Positions 1-8,549 of a DNA stretch of 64,000 nt are shown in pieces (within the stretch, counting starts at the first letter, position 1; every line of letters starts with the position of its first letter). This DNA is from Spirochaetia bacterium. Lineage in GTDB: Bacteria; Spirochaetota; Spirochaetia; UBA9216. Below the pieces are notes generated by a model. The model was not told the DNA's origin. It searched no databases and saw only the letters and a program-made list of their open reading frames with translations. Position numbers and translations under genes: made by a program. The DNA is taken from contig OZ223265.1 of the NCBI GenBank assembly GCA_965140585.1, positions 32,001 to 96,000 of the forward strand. The letters run 5' to 3'.

Positions 1-359
1 ATATCATAATTACCATTACCTTCAACTACAGCAAAACTCTTTAATGGTATCAATCGGTCTATAAAGTTTTTAAGACAAGCAGTCATATCCCATGTATAAA
101 CCGGTGTGGCATAACAAACAACATCTGACTGTTTATAAGCGTCAATCAGTTCCTTCATATCATCGTTATATACACACTGGCTATATTCTGTACGCCAACA
201 AGAAAAACATCCTTTGCAATGATTTATTTTTTTATCAATTAAAAAGTAGTTTGTTACTTCTGCACCTGAAGACTCAGCCCCCTCTTTAAATGCATTTACA
301 ATTATATTAGTATTGCTATTTTTTCCACGAGGACTTCCGTTAAAAATTGATATTTTCAT
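1..359 (-). CDS. Flavodoxin-family / NADPH-dependent FMN reductase (3' end outside window)
   Basis: Not in the ORF track. Manual minus-strand translation gives [17 protein letters not shown]...HCKGCFSCW...DDM...ATPVY...LKNFIDRL. The ATG overlaps the TetR stop (ATGA). Confidence 0.85.
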   Translation of the reverse strand, partial: MKISIFNGSPRGKNSNTNIIVNAFKEGAESSGAEVTNYFLIDKKINHCKGCFSCWRTEYSQCVYNDDMKELIDAYKQSDVVCYATPVYTWDMTACLKNFIDRLIPLKSFAVVEGNGNYD

Positions 360-940
360 ATTATTATTTCCTTAATCAAATCAATATGCTTCTCGATTTC
401 AGTTTCAGTCATTATTAAAATGGTTGATGAAGTTTTTAAGCTATCCCAAAAGTGAAGAATATGTTTTGCGACGACTTCAATATCAAAACTTTTGAACTCG
501 CCCCTACTCTGACCATAACTAAAAATCTTTGATAATATTTTGCATGAGTTTCTAACTCTTTCATTGAAATATTCTTGATAATCTGGTTCTATGAAAGCAA
601 ATTCATGAATTGCAAAATAAAAGCCTTTCGTTTTACTAAATACAGCCCTTTTTTCATGATTTAAATAATGTTGAAAAATATCGATTGCAGGAAAATTATT
701 TTGTATAGCCTCATTGACCGCAGTACTATTAATCTCAATATCTCTATTTAGAATTTGAATAAAGATATCTTTCGTCGAGGAGAAATATCTATAAAGTCCA
801 CCGCGACTTAGTTCTGTAGATTCACAAATATCTTGCATTGTTACTTTTGCATATCCTTTAATTGCGAAAAGTTCATATGCTTTCTCGAGAATATTTTCTT
901 TGGTATTTTTCCCCTTGTTCATAGCATTCCTTTCATACAC
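356..940 (-). CDS. TetR/AcrR family transcriptional regulator
   Basis: N-terminal [26 protein letters not shown]...[17 protein letters not shown]. Confidence 0.92.
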   Translation of the reverse strand: MYERNAMNKGKNTKENILEKAYELFAIKGYAKVTMQDICESTELSRGGLYRYFSSTKDIFIQILNRDIEINSTAVNEAIQNNFPAIDIFQHYLNHEKRAVFSKTKGFYFAIHEFAFIEPDYQEYFNERVRNSCKILSKIFSYGQSRGEFKSFDIEVVAKHILHFWDSLKTSSTILIMTETEIEKHIDLIKEIII

Positions 941-945
941 AAAAA

Positions 946-1005
946 CGACACTCGTGTCTTTTTATGTATGAAACTCAATTTACGACACCAGTGTCGCTTT
1001 GTCAA
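946..1005 (-). promoter_or_regulatory. Sigma70 promoter with two palindromic putative TetR operators
   Basis: Minus strand TTGACA-17 nt-TAAATT. Palindrome CGACAC-CA-GTGTCG (983-996) lies in the spacer, and a second copy GACAC-TC-GTGTC lies at 947-958. Confidence 0.75.
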
Positions 1006-1100
1006 GCTTTTTCCGTTATTTATGTAAGATTTCCAATTATCTATGCGTTAAATTTAAAAGAGTATTAATTGTACCTGAATGTGATATATACCCGTCTGCC

Positions 1101-1240
1101 ATTTAACGACGTTTTGAGCTGCCTGACGGCGCGTGTCTTCACGCGCATTGGCGTGATTCTGGAGTGGAGCGCGATCAGCGCGAAACGTCTCTGCCAGAAT
1201 CATGACAATAGCCAGGACTGCTCCAAAACTTTTGTTATAA
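1101..1240 (-). repeat. attC-like integron cassette recombination site 1
   Basis: Minus strand begins TTATAAC (R'') and ends GTTAAAT (GTTRRRY, R'). Imperfect inverted repeat with an extra base in the R''-proximal arm. GC-rich island in AT-rich DNA, homologous to 2153-2280 and 3098-3245. Confidence 0.8.
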
Positions 1241-1375
1241 ATAGTTTTTCCTATATATCATACTACATTCACAATTTTACTTTAAATGAAACATACTATA
1301 TTCTTCATATAAACATACTTTTTTACTTCCACTGGGGTTATAAAAGTTATAGATTTACTGATAAGTTAAGAATTT

Positions 1376-2026
1376 CTATTTCCATCTATTTGTTAGGATA
1401 TGTTGATTAATATCTAATTCCTTCTGTGGAATTTCTTTGATCCTATCTTTTTTATATCCAATAGGAATAATCGATGCAATCTCGAATTCATTTGGAATTC
1501 CTAATATTTCTTTAACAGCTTCAGTATTTTTTGGAATAAATGTTACTCCAAATATATTTTTCTCAGCCAATGAAAGTAATAGGTTTTCTATTGCACACCA
1601 AATAGAAGCAAATCCATTAATATCATAAACTCGGATAGCATCTTTAATATCTGTTTTTGGCTTATATATTACTACAATTGATAAAGAGGCTTCCAAGATC
1701 ATTCGTTTCTGTTTTGGAATTGCATCAAAATACATCTTTTGGGCGATTGGATCATGGTCCTTAAACAATACTTTCATTTCTTCAGATATTGTTTCATACA
1801 TCTCTTCTGTTTGAGTAAGTTTAACCTTTTGCTCAAAATCATCAATTATTAAAAAATACCATTGTTTTAGATGATCGTAAGTTGGAGCAAGAAAGGCATC
1901 ATTGATTGCTTCTTTTATTACATTAATATCTAATTCTTGATCTGAAAAATCACGTATGGTTCGTCTTCTCATGATTACCTGTTTAAATTCCATAGTTGCG
2001 TCCTTATATACTATAAAGATTATCAA
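1376..2026 (-). CDS. Nitroreductase family protein (cassette gene)
   Basis: RRTIRDF...AFLAPT...Q.WYF and ENLLLSLAE...IIPIGY motifs. The likely start is the internal MEFKQV. Confidence 0.88.
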   Translation of the reverse strand: MIIFIVYKDATMEFKQVIMRRRTIRDFSDQELDINVIKEAINDAFLAPTYDHLKQWYFLIIDDFEQKVKLTQTEEMYETISEEMKVLFKDHDPIAQKMYFDAIPKQKRMILEASLSIVVIYKPKTDIKDAIRVYDINGFASIWCAIENLLLSLAEKNIFGVTFIPKNTEAVKEILGIPNEFEIASIIPIGYKKDRIKEIPQKELDINQHILTNRWK

Positions 2027-2152
2027 GATATTTTAGTGTTTTATTATATATTCTTTAAATCTTCGCTACCATTGGGATTCCTTATTGTAATCCCTATTTT
2101 AATGATTTCCTATTTTTTTATTGACACAATATTTTAATTTATCCGTTTCCTC

Positions 2153-2280
2153 ATTCAACTGTAAAAACCGACCGAGTCTTCGAGGCATGGCACAGTTCTG
2201 GAACGTAGTGCGAGCAGCGCGGAGTGTCTTTAGCCAGAACTGTGTCAAAGGTTTTGACTACTCCAAATCTCTTGTTATGT
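2153..2280 (-). repeat. attC-like site 2 (L'/R' arm degenerate)
   Basis: Minus-strand ACATAAC about 20 bp after the LysE stop. Shares the core CAGTTCTGG...CCAGAACTG. Candidate R' is GTTGAAT, but the adjacent arm pairs poorly. Confidence 0.65.
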
Positions 2281-2299
2281 GCTAATTTAATTATTTTTT

Positions 2300-2920
2300 T
2301 TAATCCTCAAAAGCTAATTTACCAGCAAATCCTATTAGCAATATTCCAAAACTTTGCTCGATTCTCTTTAAAATTATAGGAGATTTCATTAATACTTTTT
2401 TAAACAGATTAGCCAGTAATCCATAAATACAGAATATAATAAATGTTAATACCATAAATATTAAACCCAAACTGATCATTTTGATCTTGGAATTTTCATC
2501 ATTTATATCAATAAATTGTGGTAAAAATGAGAAGAAAAATAATGTTAATTTGGGATTTAGAAGATTAATAAGTACTGCTTTAATAATTATATTTATATAA
2601 TTTTCCTTATCTTTATCTTGAATTTCAATAAGTTTTTTATTTCTAAGTAATCCTAAACTTATGTATAAAAGATATATTATTCCTATAATTTTTATTATTT
2701 TAAATATAATAGCTCCAGTGTTCATAACTGCGGATATGCCAAGAATTGCAGCAGTAATATGTGGTATTATTCCTAAAGTACACCCAAAAGCAGCCAAGAT
2801 TGCACGTTGTTTATTACTAGATAAACTTGTTGTTATTGTATAAATAACACCGGTTCCAGGAATAATAATAACAACTAATGAAGTAACTAAAAAACTTATA
2901 TTGAACACTATTTCCTCCAA
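2300..2920 (-). CDS. LysE/RhtB family translocator (cassette gene)
   Basis: IIPGTGVIY and NLLNPK motifs, multiple hydrophobic segments. Confidence 0.9.
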   Translation of the reverse strand: MEEIVFNISFLVTSLVVIIIPGTGVIYTITTSLSSNKQRAILAAFGCTLGIIPHITAAILGISAVMNTGAIIFKIIKIIGIIYLLYISLGLLRNKKLIEIQDKDKENYINIIIKAVLINLLNPKLTLFFFSFLPQFIDINDENSKIKMISLGLIFMVLTFIIFCIYGLLANLFKKVLMKSPIILKRIEQSFGILLIGFAGKLAFED

Positions 2921-3097
2921 ATACTACGAAAGGTTATCTTAAAACTATATATCTTTCAGAAATCTCTATTAACCTTTTTATAGTTTATTTATACTATTCA
3001 AATTATTGATTCTATCCAATCCTTCTAATAATTTTTTATTTTTCGAATAATCTATTAGACATTTGTTAACCAAATTACTGAACGTTATCTTTTGTGC

Positions 3098-3245
3098 AAA
3101 TAACGACGAAATCAGTTGCGCCCTCGATCCTGAGCCGCAGGCGAAGGAATTGGCGCGGTTCTGGAGTGGAGGCATGATCAGTGCCGGAACGTCTCCGCCA
3201 GAACCGTGACAATAGATGGCGACAACTGCATTTCTCATGTTATCT
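3098..3245 (-). repeat. attC-like site 3
   Basis: Minus strand AGATAAC...GTTATTT with arms GAAATgCAGTTG / CAACTGATTTC. Core nearly identical to site 1. Confidence 0.8.
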
Positions 3246-3381
3246 TTCTGTATTTTATTTGATGAAGTACAGATATTTTCATTTCTCATAAGATTATCTC
3301 TACCTACTTATCTTTTACCTTTTGATATGGCAATTTCACTTATTACAGTCTGTGATCGTCATTATTTTTCCGATATATTTT

Positions 3382-3858
3382 TTACTTTTTTTGATCAATT
3401 TTCTGTGACATATATTTTTTCATGACATCTTTAGCCTTTTTCTCCGCCCATTCTTCCAGTCCTATTTTTTTTATTAAGCATAAATTATAGATCTTTGTAT
3501 TATGAGGTATAATATTTGCTTTATCAGCATAAGGCTGTAATTTATCGCATGGGAAATTATCACATTCACTACAGTTATGAATCTTTTTTTGCTCTACACA
3601 CAGATAAATAAAGCACTGTCCCTTTTTATTTAATAATAAGCATTTACCATTAGGAAAAACATTATTATGCTCGGAGAAATATCCGATTCCTTTTCGATCT
3701 CGACAACCATGGCAATCTGATTTTTCATAATCCAGACCTAATTTATTAGATATCTGCTTTTTTATCTGGTCATTAGATGTTGCCTTATATGCGCCACATT
3801 CAAAGCAGGGGATTCCACAAGGAGCTGTCATTTCTTTAAAATTCATTTGATCCTCCAT
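3382..3858 (-). CDS. DUF3795-like Cys-rich protein
   Basis: APCGIPCFECGAY...C.GCR...C.IY.C...CSECDNFPCDKL pattern. Confidence 0.75.
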   Translation of the reverse strand: MEDQMNFKEMTAPCGIPCFECGAYKATSNDQIKKQISNKLGLDYEKSDCHGCRDRKGIGYFSEHNNVFPNGKCLLLNKKGQCFIYLCVEQKKIHNCSECDNFPCDKLQPYADKANIIPHNTKIYNLCLIKKIGLEEWAEKKAKDVMKKYMSQKIDQKK

Positions 3859-3905
3859 AAACTATTCTTTCATTGATAGTTATTTGTTTTTCCCAATAGT
3901 ACATC

Positions 3906-4961
3906 TTGACAGGAGATTTAAAAATTGTCATATTTGACAAAATTATGGCTAATTACGTCACTTTAAACAAAAAAAGAAAACGTATTATAATCTTGGCACT
4001 ACCAGGAACTCCTCTCATGTCTATCTCTTCTGCTATTGATGTATTCCAAAATGCTCCTGAAATTTTTAACAAAATCATGAATAACGAAAATCCAACCCCT
4101 TTTGACGTAGACTTAGTTTCACCATCAGGAGAATATATTCAGTGTATGGGAGGTTTTAGGCTTGAAGTAAATACTTCGATGAATGAAATCAAAAAAGCTG
4201 ATTTAGTCATAGTTACTTCATTATATTCGGAAGATGAAACAAAATTGTTTTTGCCAGAAATCCGTAAATGGTTACTTAAAATGCACCTTAGTGGTTCAAT
4301 GCTAGCCAGTTTCTGTACAGGTACATTTGTTCTAGCATCAACAGGATTATTAAACGGAAAGACTGCAACAACTCATTGGGCATCAGCAAGAAAATTATCA
4401 CAAAGGTACCCCCAAATTCATGTAAAGCCTCATAAAATGATTTGTGATGAAGGAACTATTTTTACATCAGGAGGAAGTCATGGAGCTCTTGATTTATGCC
4501 TCTATTTAGTTGAGAAGCTTTATGGAAAAGCTCTTGCTTTGAATTATGCTAAAATTTTAGTTCACGATATCTCTTTTACAGAACAATCAGCTTATGCTAT
4601 TTTCAAAGGCTTACGAGATCATAGAGATACGAAAATCTGGGAAATACAGGACTATATAGAATCTCATTATTCAGAACATTTAGGAATTTCTTATCTGGCT
4701 AATAAGGCTGCTATGTCACGCAGAACATTCGAACGTCGTTTTAAAGCTGCCACAGGAGAATCTCCAGGGGACTACATACAACAGCTGAGGATTGAAGCTG
4801 CTAAACGTATATTAGAAATGGAGTTCGATACATTTGAACAAATTACATTACGTGTGGGGTATGAAGATGCAACAACATTTAGTAAATTATTCTCTAAACG
4901 TGTTGGAGTAACCCCAACTTCTTATCGTAATAAATTCCATTCTGGACAAACTATTCCTTGA
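3906..4961 (+). CDS. GlxA-type regulator (DJ-1/PfpI + AraC HTH)
   Basis: SFCTGTFVLASTGLLNGKTATTHW, and C-terminal MSRRTFERRFK...VGYED...F.KRVGVTP.SYR. Confidence 0.92.
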   Translation: MTGDLKIVIFDKIMANYVTLNKKRKRIIILALPGTPLMSISSAIDVFQNAPEIFNKIMNNENPTPFDVDLVSPSGEYIQCMGGFRLEVNTSMNEIKKADLVIVTSLYSEDETKLFLPEIRKWLLKMHLSGSMLASFCTGTFVLASTGLLNGKTATTHWASARKLSQRYPQIHVKPHKMICDEGTIFTSGGSHGALDLCLYLVEKLYGKALALNYAKILVHDISFTEQSAYAIFKGLRDHRDTKIWEIQDYIESHYSEHLGISYLANKAAMSRRTFERRFKAATGESPGDYIQQLRIEAAKRILEMEFDTFEQITLRVGYEDATTFSKLFSKRVGVTPTSYRNKFHSGQTIP

Positions 4962-5367
4962 TATATTTTTTGCAATGCAATTTCGTTTTACATTTTTGTA
5001 AAGATAACATATTATATTTAATACTTTTCCATATAACTTGAAGTACACACAAGTTTTGAATATTCCATCTAACATACATAATTCACAATGTGGCTCACTT
5101 CTTAATAGACAGAAAATCATTTTCAGAAATTATTTCAATAAATATGTCGTCTCAAGCCCTTCTTTTTCTCAGTTATTATCTGTTTATTACTTTCATCCTT
5201 GTCTATAAGCTTCGAAATATTCTGCCGACTAAATATTAAAATTGCGCCTCTCTTTGTTGCGTAATTGTTCACATTATAACTTACCTCAACTGCAATCTGC
5301 GACGTTTATTCTATGGTAATATTATAGCCAGACTTTCTCCATATAATTAACAATCTACATTACAATC

Positions 5368-5422
5368 TCTCTTAACTACTATTAAATACCAGAATATCGG
5401 GTATTTAATAGTAGTTAAGAGA
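5368..5422. repeat. Perfect 23-bp inverted repeat with 9-nt spacer
   Basis: TCTCTTAACTACTATTAAATACC (5368-5390) / GGTATTTAATAGTAGTTAAGAGA (5400-5422). Confidence 0.95.
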
Positions 5423-5722
5423 CTCTGGATTATTATAGTTATCAAACTAACTTTTTCTTTTCCATTGACGAATATAACTATTCTATCCTGGCATATTCTT
5501 GAATAATCAGAATTTGCAGTCTATACATCAAGCGCAAAGAATCTCGTTCTTAAATACATCTGTATAGAAATGATATTAATAATAACGCCTGATAGACGGA
5601 AATAAAAGTATTTTTAAATGGTATAAATAAAGTGTTTAAATAATGCAATTTCTATCTGGATAAATGACACAAATTGAAGAGAAAATGATAGGATTGGAAA
5701 CTGATAGAGTTTCTTCCAAGAG

Positions 5723-6082
5723 TTAAGCGAGGTTTTCTCTCTCTTGCTTCTCTTCAATCTCTTTTTGAAGTCTCCCCTTACATCCTGCAATTATATCTCG
5801 AATTGAAGTCAATCCTGTTTCATCTATTATTGCAAGATCTTCGATAATGTCAGCATATCTCGGTGGTGGTGTCCATTTTGATTGTTTTTCTCCAGTAAGA
5901 AGGTATTCGATAGTCACACCTAAAGCGGAAGCAATCTTTCCAGCCTGATCGACATTAGGCATAGTATTCCTCTGAATCCAACGGCTAAATGTATCTTGTC
6001 GAACCGGAATTTTCGATGCAACCCAATCTTGAGTTGTATTTTGTCTTTTAATCTCTTCTTTTACTCGTTTCCAGAAGTCCAT
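5723..6082 (-). CDS. XRE-family HTH phage repressor (CI-like)
   Basis: TQDWVASKIPVRQDTFSRW...P.VDQAGKIASALGVTIEYLLTG; divergent from the phage early operon. Confidence 0.85.
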   Translation of the reverse strand: MDFWKRVKEEIKRQNTTQDWVASKIPVRQDTFSRWIQRNTMPNVDQAGKIASALGVTIEYLLTGEKQSKWTPPPRYADIIEDLAIIDETGLTSIRDIIAGCKGRLQKEIEEKQERENLA

Positions 6083-6101
6083 ATTGGTAATATCGGTATA
6101 A

Positions 6102-6183
6102 AATTAGGCAAAAGTGCATAAAAAGTTATTGACTATTTTGCATTTTTGCCTAATTATTAGATTATAAATTCGGCAAAAATGCC
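6102..6183. promoter_or_regulatory. Putative lysis/lysogeny operator region with three related 17-mers
   Basis: AATTAGGCAAAAGTGCA (6102), inverted TGCATTTTTGCCTAATT (6139) and AATTCGGCAAAAATGCC (6167), with TTGACT at 6129. Confidence 0.7.
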
Positions 6184-6361
6184 TAACGGCAACATTAGAT
6201 ATCCATTAGCGGTATATGTATCACTCTCAGAAAAAGCCATCATAGACTCATTCTTTCATTCTCGTCCAAGGCTTAAGAAAGGAGAATCGGTTAAGAAATG
6301 GATTCTTGAAGCAATTGAGTGTGAAGATAACAATAATTCTCAAGAATCCGCTCATTCATAA
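6179..6361 (+). CDS. Small DNA-binding protein in the Cro position (RHH-like)
   Basis: 60 aa, divergent from the repressor, with a beta-alpha-alpha-like pattern (LAVYVSLSEKAIID...VKKWILEAI). Confidence 0.5.
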   Translation: MPNGNIRYPLAVYVSLSEKAIIDSFFHSRPRLKKGESVKKWILEAIECEDNNNSQESAHS

Positions 6362-6661
6362 ATCGGTTATAAAAGAAATTCAACCCCTCAATGGGTATCA
6401 GTTGCGTTGCTCTGATTGTTGGATTTCTTATCAAAACTTTGCCACAGGAGTAATGGTTTTCTAATCTTAATAACATGCAAACATTATTTACGGTCGAAAA
6501 GCGGCGACTACTCCGTTTTACAAATTATTTCGAATTAATTTTTTGTATGAGTTATTGCAGATGAACAGCTGAGATGCATGTTTTTACTACTTCATTGAGC
6601 ATCATCCAGCATCAAGGTTGTTCATCTGTTTCTTGATTGATTCAGGAGGTAATGGGTATCT

Positions 6662-6844
6662 ATGAGCGAAAAGATTAAACGAAAAAGAATAAATCTATTG
6701 CTTCCAGAAGATCTTCTAAAACGAGCTGAATCCGTAGGAGCTTTGAAACACAAAAGCCTCACAGCTTATATCACAGACTTGATCTATACAGATGTAACAA
6801 ACAAAGAGAAGGCAAATATAAACTCCTTCTTTGGGAATGATTAG
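6662..6844 (+). CDS. Ribbon-helix-helix (CopG/Arc-like) protein
   Basis: KRINLLLPEDLLKRAE...SLTAYITDLI; AGGAGG upstream. Confidence 0.75.
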   Translation: MSEKIKRKRINLLLPEDLLKRAESVGALKHKSLTAYITDLIYTDVTNKEKANINSFFGND

Positions 6845-6845
6845 C

Positions 6846-6904
6846 GGTATCAAGGTGGAATACATGAGTATTTCAAAGCTCAGGTTCGATTCCTGAAAAT
6901 ACCA
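6846..6904 (+). ncRNA. Degenerate tRNA-like element (T-arm and partial acceptor, no D-arm)
   Basis: TCAGG-TTCGATT-CCTGA T-arm, GGTAT/ATACC-A ends, internal hairpin GAATAC-ATGA-GTATTT. Confidence 0.45.
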
Positions 6905-7215
6905 TACGGCATACGGTGAGCCTTTGTTGATGAGTGAGAAACACCATACCAGTTGAGAAATAAATACCATCAACTTAGGCAAGACCAAGCCTGCAGACCT
7001 TGAGTAAGTCTGCAGCCCTCCGGGACCGGGTGAAAGCCCCGGATTTTTATAAGGCGGGTAAAATAATGAATAACAAAGAACTTGAATCAGCATAAGAAAT
7101 TGATAGTGCATGAGGCTAAAGGCTGTTTCAGGTCATTCTGAACATGTGCTTAAGGTGGGATGGTTTTTCGATGATAAATGAGCCGCACCTTTTTTAAAAA
7201 CACAGAATCATCGGT

Positions 7216-7311
7216 TGGAACGTGATGCAGTTGGAAAGCATGGGTCGGGACAGGAAAGTCCCGGAGAGTTTTACTCTCCCCTTATCGTCCGTTCAAATCG
7301 GACCGTTCCAG
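7216..7311 (+). ncRNA. tRNA-scaffold RNA with the anticodon arm replaced by a two-hairpin junction
   Basis: Acceptor TGGAACG/CGTTCCA, D-arm ATGC-AGTTGGAAA-GCAT, T-arm GTCCG-TTCAAAT-CGGAC. No canonical anticodon loop. Confidence 0.75.
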
Positions 7312-7350
7312 TACTTTTAGAATTTTGAAACATCTTTTTAGGAGGTATGT

Positions 7351-7539
7351 ATGCCGGAAGTAGAGATCACCTTAAGTGAAAAAGAAGCAGCTGAAATTCT
7401 TGATAGTTTAACTTTCATCGAATCAAAGAGTAGGCAAATGTCGCTTGCAACAAGTCAGATGGATTCAAGACTTCTGCAGATTTCCCATCATGCACAGAGG
7501 ATATCTGAGAAGCTGAAAGATAAAGGCGTTGTTGTATGA
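7351..7539 (+). CDS. Phage hypothetical protein
   Basis: AGGAGG RBS; ATGA overlap with the next gene. Confidence 0.7.
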   Translation: MPEVEITLSEKEAAEILDSLTFIESKSRQMSLATSQMDSRLLQISHHAQRISEKLKDKGVVV

Positions 7540-8528
7540 ACACTGAGCATGCCCTGGCTGTGATTAATGAGCAGAAGATCATCGAATACTTGGATATTAC
7601 CGGTACCGGATCAAACCTTACGGATAACGAAAAGCGGCAGTTTATCGAGGTAGCAAAGGGATGTAACCTAAACCCTTTCAAAAGAGAAATCTACTGCCTG
7701 GCATACGATACACAGGATGGCCGGAAGTTATCAATCATCACAGGGTATGAGGTGTATCTTAAACGGGCGGAGCGGACTGGGATGCTTGATGGATGGAAAG
7801 TTGAGGTTAAAGGTTCGAGGAAAGATAATACTTTCCGGGCTATTCTAACAATCTTTCGGAAGGACTGGGATAAACCATTCATCCATGAGGCATACTTTGT
7901 TGAGTATAACCAAAGAAAGGCGCTATGGAAAACCAAGCCCATCACCATGATTAAAAAGGTAGCCATAGCCCAGGGTTTTAGGATGTGCTTCCCCGACATC
8001 TTTTCAGGCATGCCCTACACCGCCGAGGAATCAGGAGAAGACTTCCGGAACATCACACCAGAGGATTCTTCAGATGATGTTATGCAGCCGAAACCTGAGT
8101 CCTTTGAACCTGTCACAGATCCAGATAGCCCAGATTACATACCAGAAGATGATTACATCTTAAAACCAGAAGATTTCCAAATCGAAGATGCAGACAATAC
8201 CCCGGATTACGAGACTCCTGAAGATAAACACCAAACAATCGGTATACCAGCTGATGAAGCCAAACAGAGTCATATTGATATGGATTTCATTCATGAGGTT
8301 GAAGCCAGGGCAGATGAGATTCGGCAGTTTGCAGAAGCTCACAGAGAGTATATCAGGCCTGATGCATATGCGGCTCTTAATGATCTTGATATAAGAGCTT
8401 TGAAACAAGATGAACCTCATTTATACCTGGACTCAGTTTCAGAGAGGTTGAGAAATACCGTGAAACTTCGAATTGAACAAAAGAAGAGTAAACAAACCGG
8501 AACCCTTGAGAATCCGGAAATCTTTTAA
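7536..8528 (+). CDS. bet: Phage recombination protein Bet (Red-beta/RecT-like SSAP)
   Basis: LNPFKREIY...IITGYEVYLKRAER...W.TKPITMIKKVAIAQGFRMCFP...GMPYTAEE. Confidence 0.85.
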   Translation: MNTEHALAVINEQKIIEYLDITGTGSNLTDNEKRQFIEVAKGCNLNPFKREIYCLAYDTQDGRKLSIITGYEVYLKRAERTGMLDGWKVEVKGSRKDNTFRAILTIFRKDWDKPFIHEAYFVEYNQRKALWKTKPITMIKKVAIAQGFRMCFPDIFSGMPYTAEESGEDFRNITPEDSSDDVMQPKPESFEPVTDPDSPDYIPEDDYILKPEDFQIEDADNTPDYETPEDKHQTIGIPADEAKQSHIDMDFIHEVEARADEIRQFAEAHREYIRPDAYAALNDLDIRALKQDEPHLYLDSVSERLRNTVKLRIEQKKSKQTGTLENPEIF

Positions 8529-8549
8529 ACACATAGGAGATAGAATATT

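Noticed and set aside
1069-1410. 113-aa plus-strand ORF (also 2978..3289 on the minus strand)
   Set aside because: These run through attC palindromes and show no family motifs; they look like shadow ORFs.
1101-3245. CRISPR interpretation of the repeats
   Set aside because: The units are ~140 bp, diverged and separated by whole genes. No cas genes or regular short repeat-spacer array are seen in the window.
6716-7111. 131-aa minus-strand ORF
   Set aside because: Antisense to the early operon and the structured RNA region, with no RBS or motif.
7216-7311. tRNA-Sec, -Ser or -Leu call for the 96-nt element
   Set aside because: No 7-nt anticodon loop with U33 and no UCA; the arm spacing does not fit a type II tRNA.
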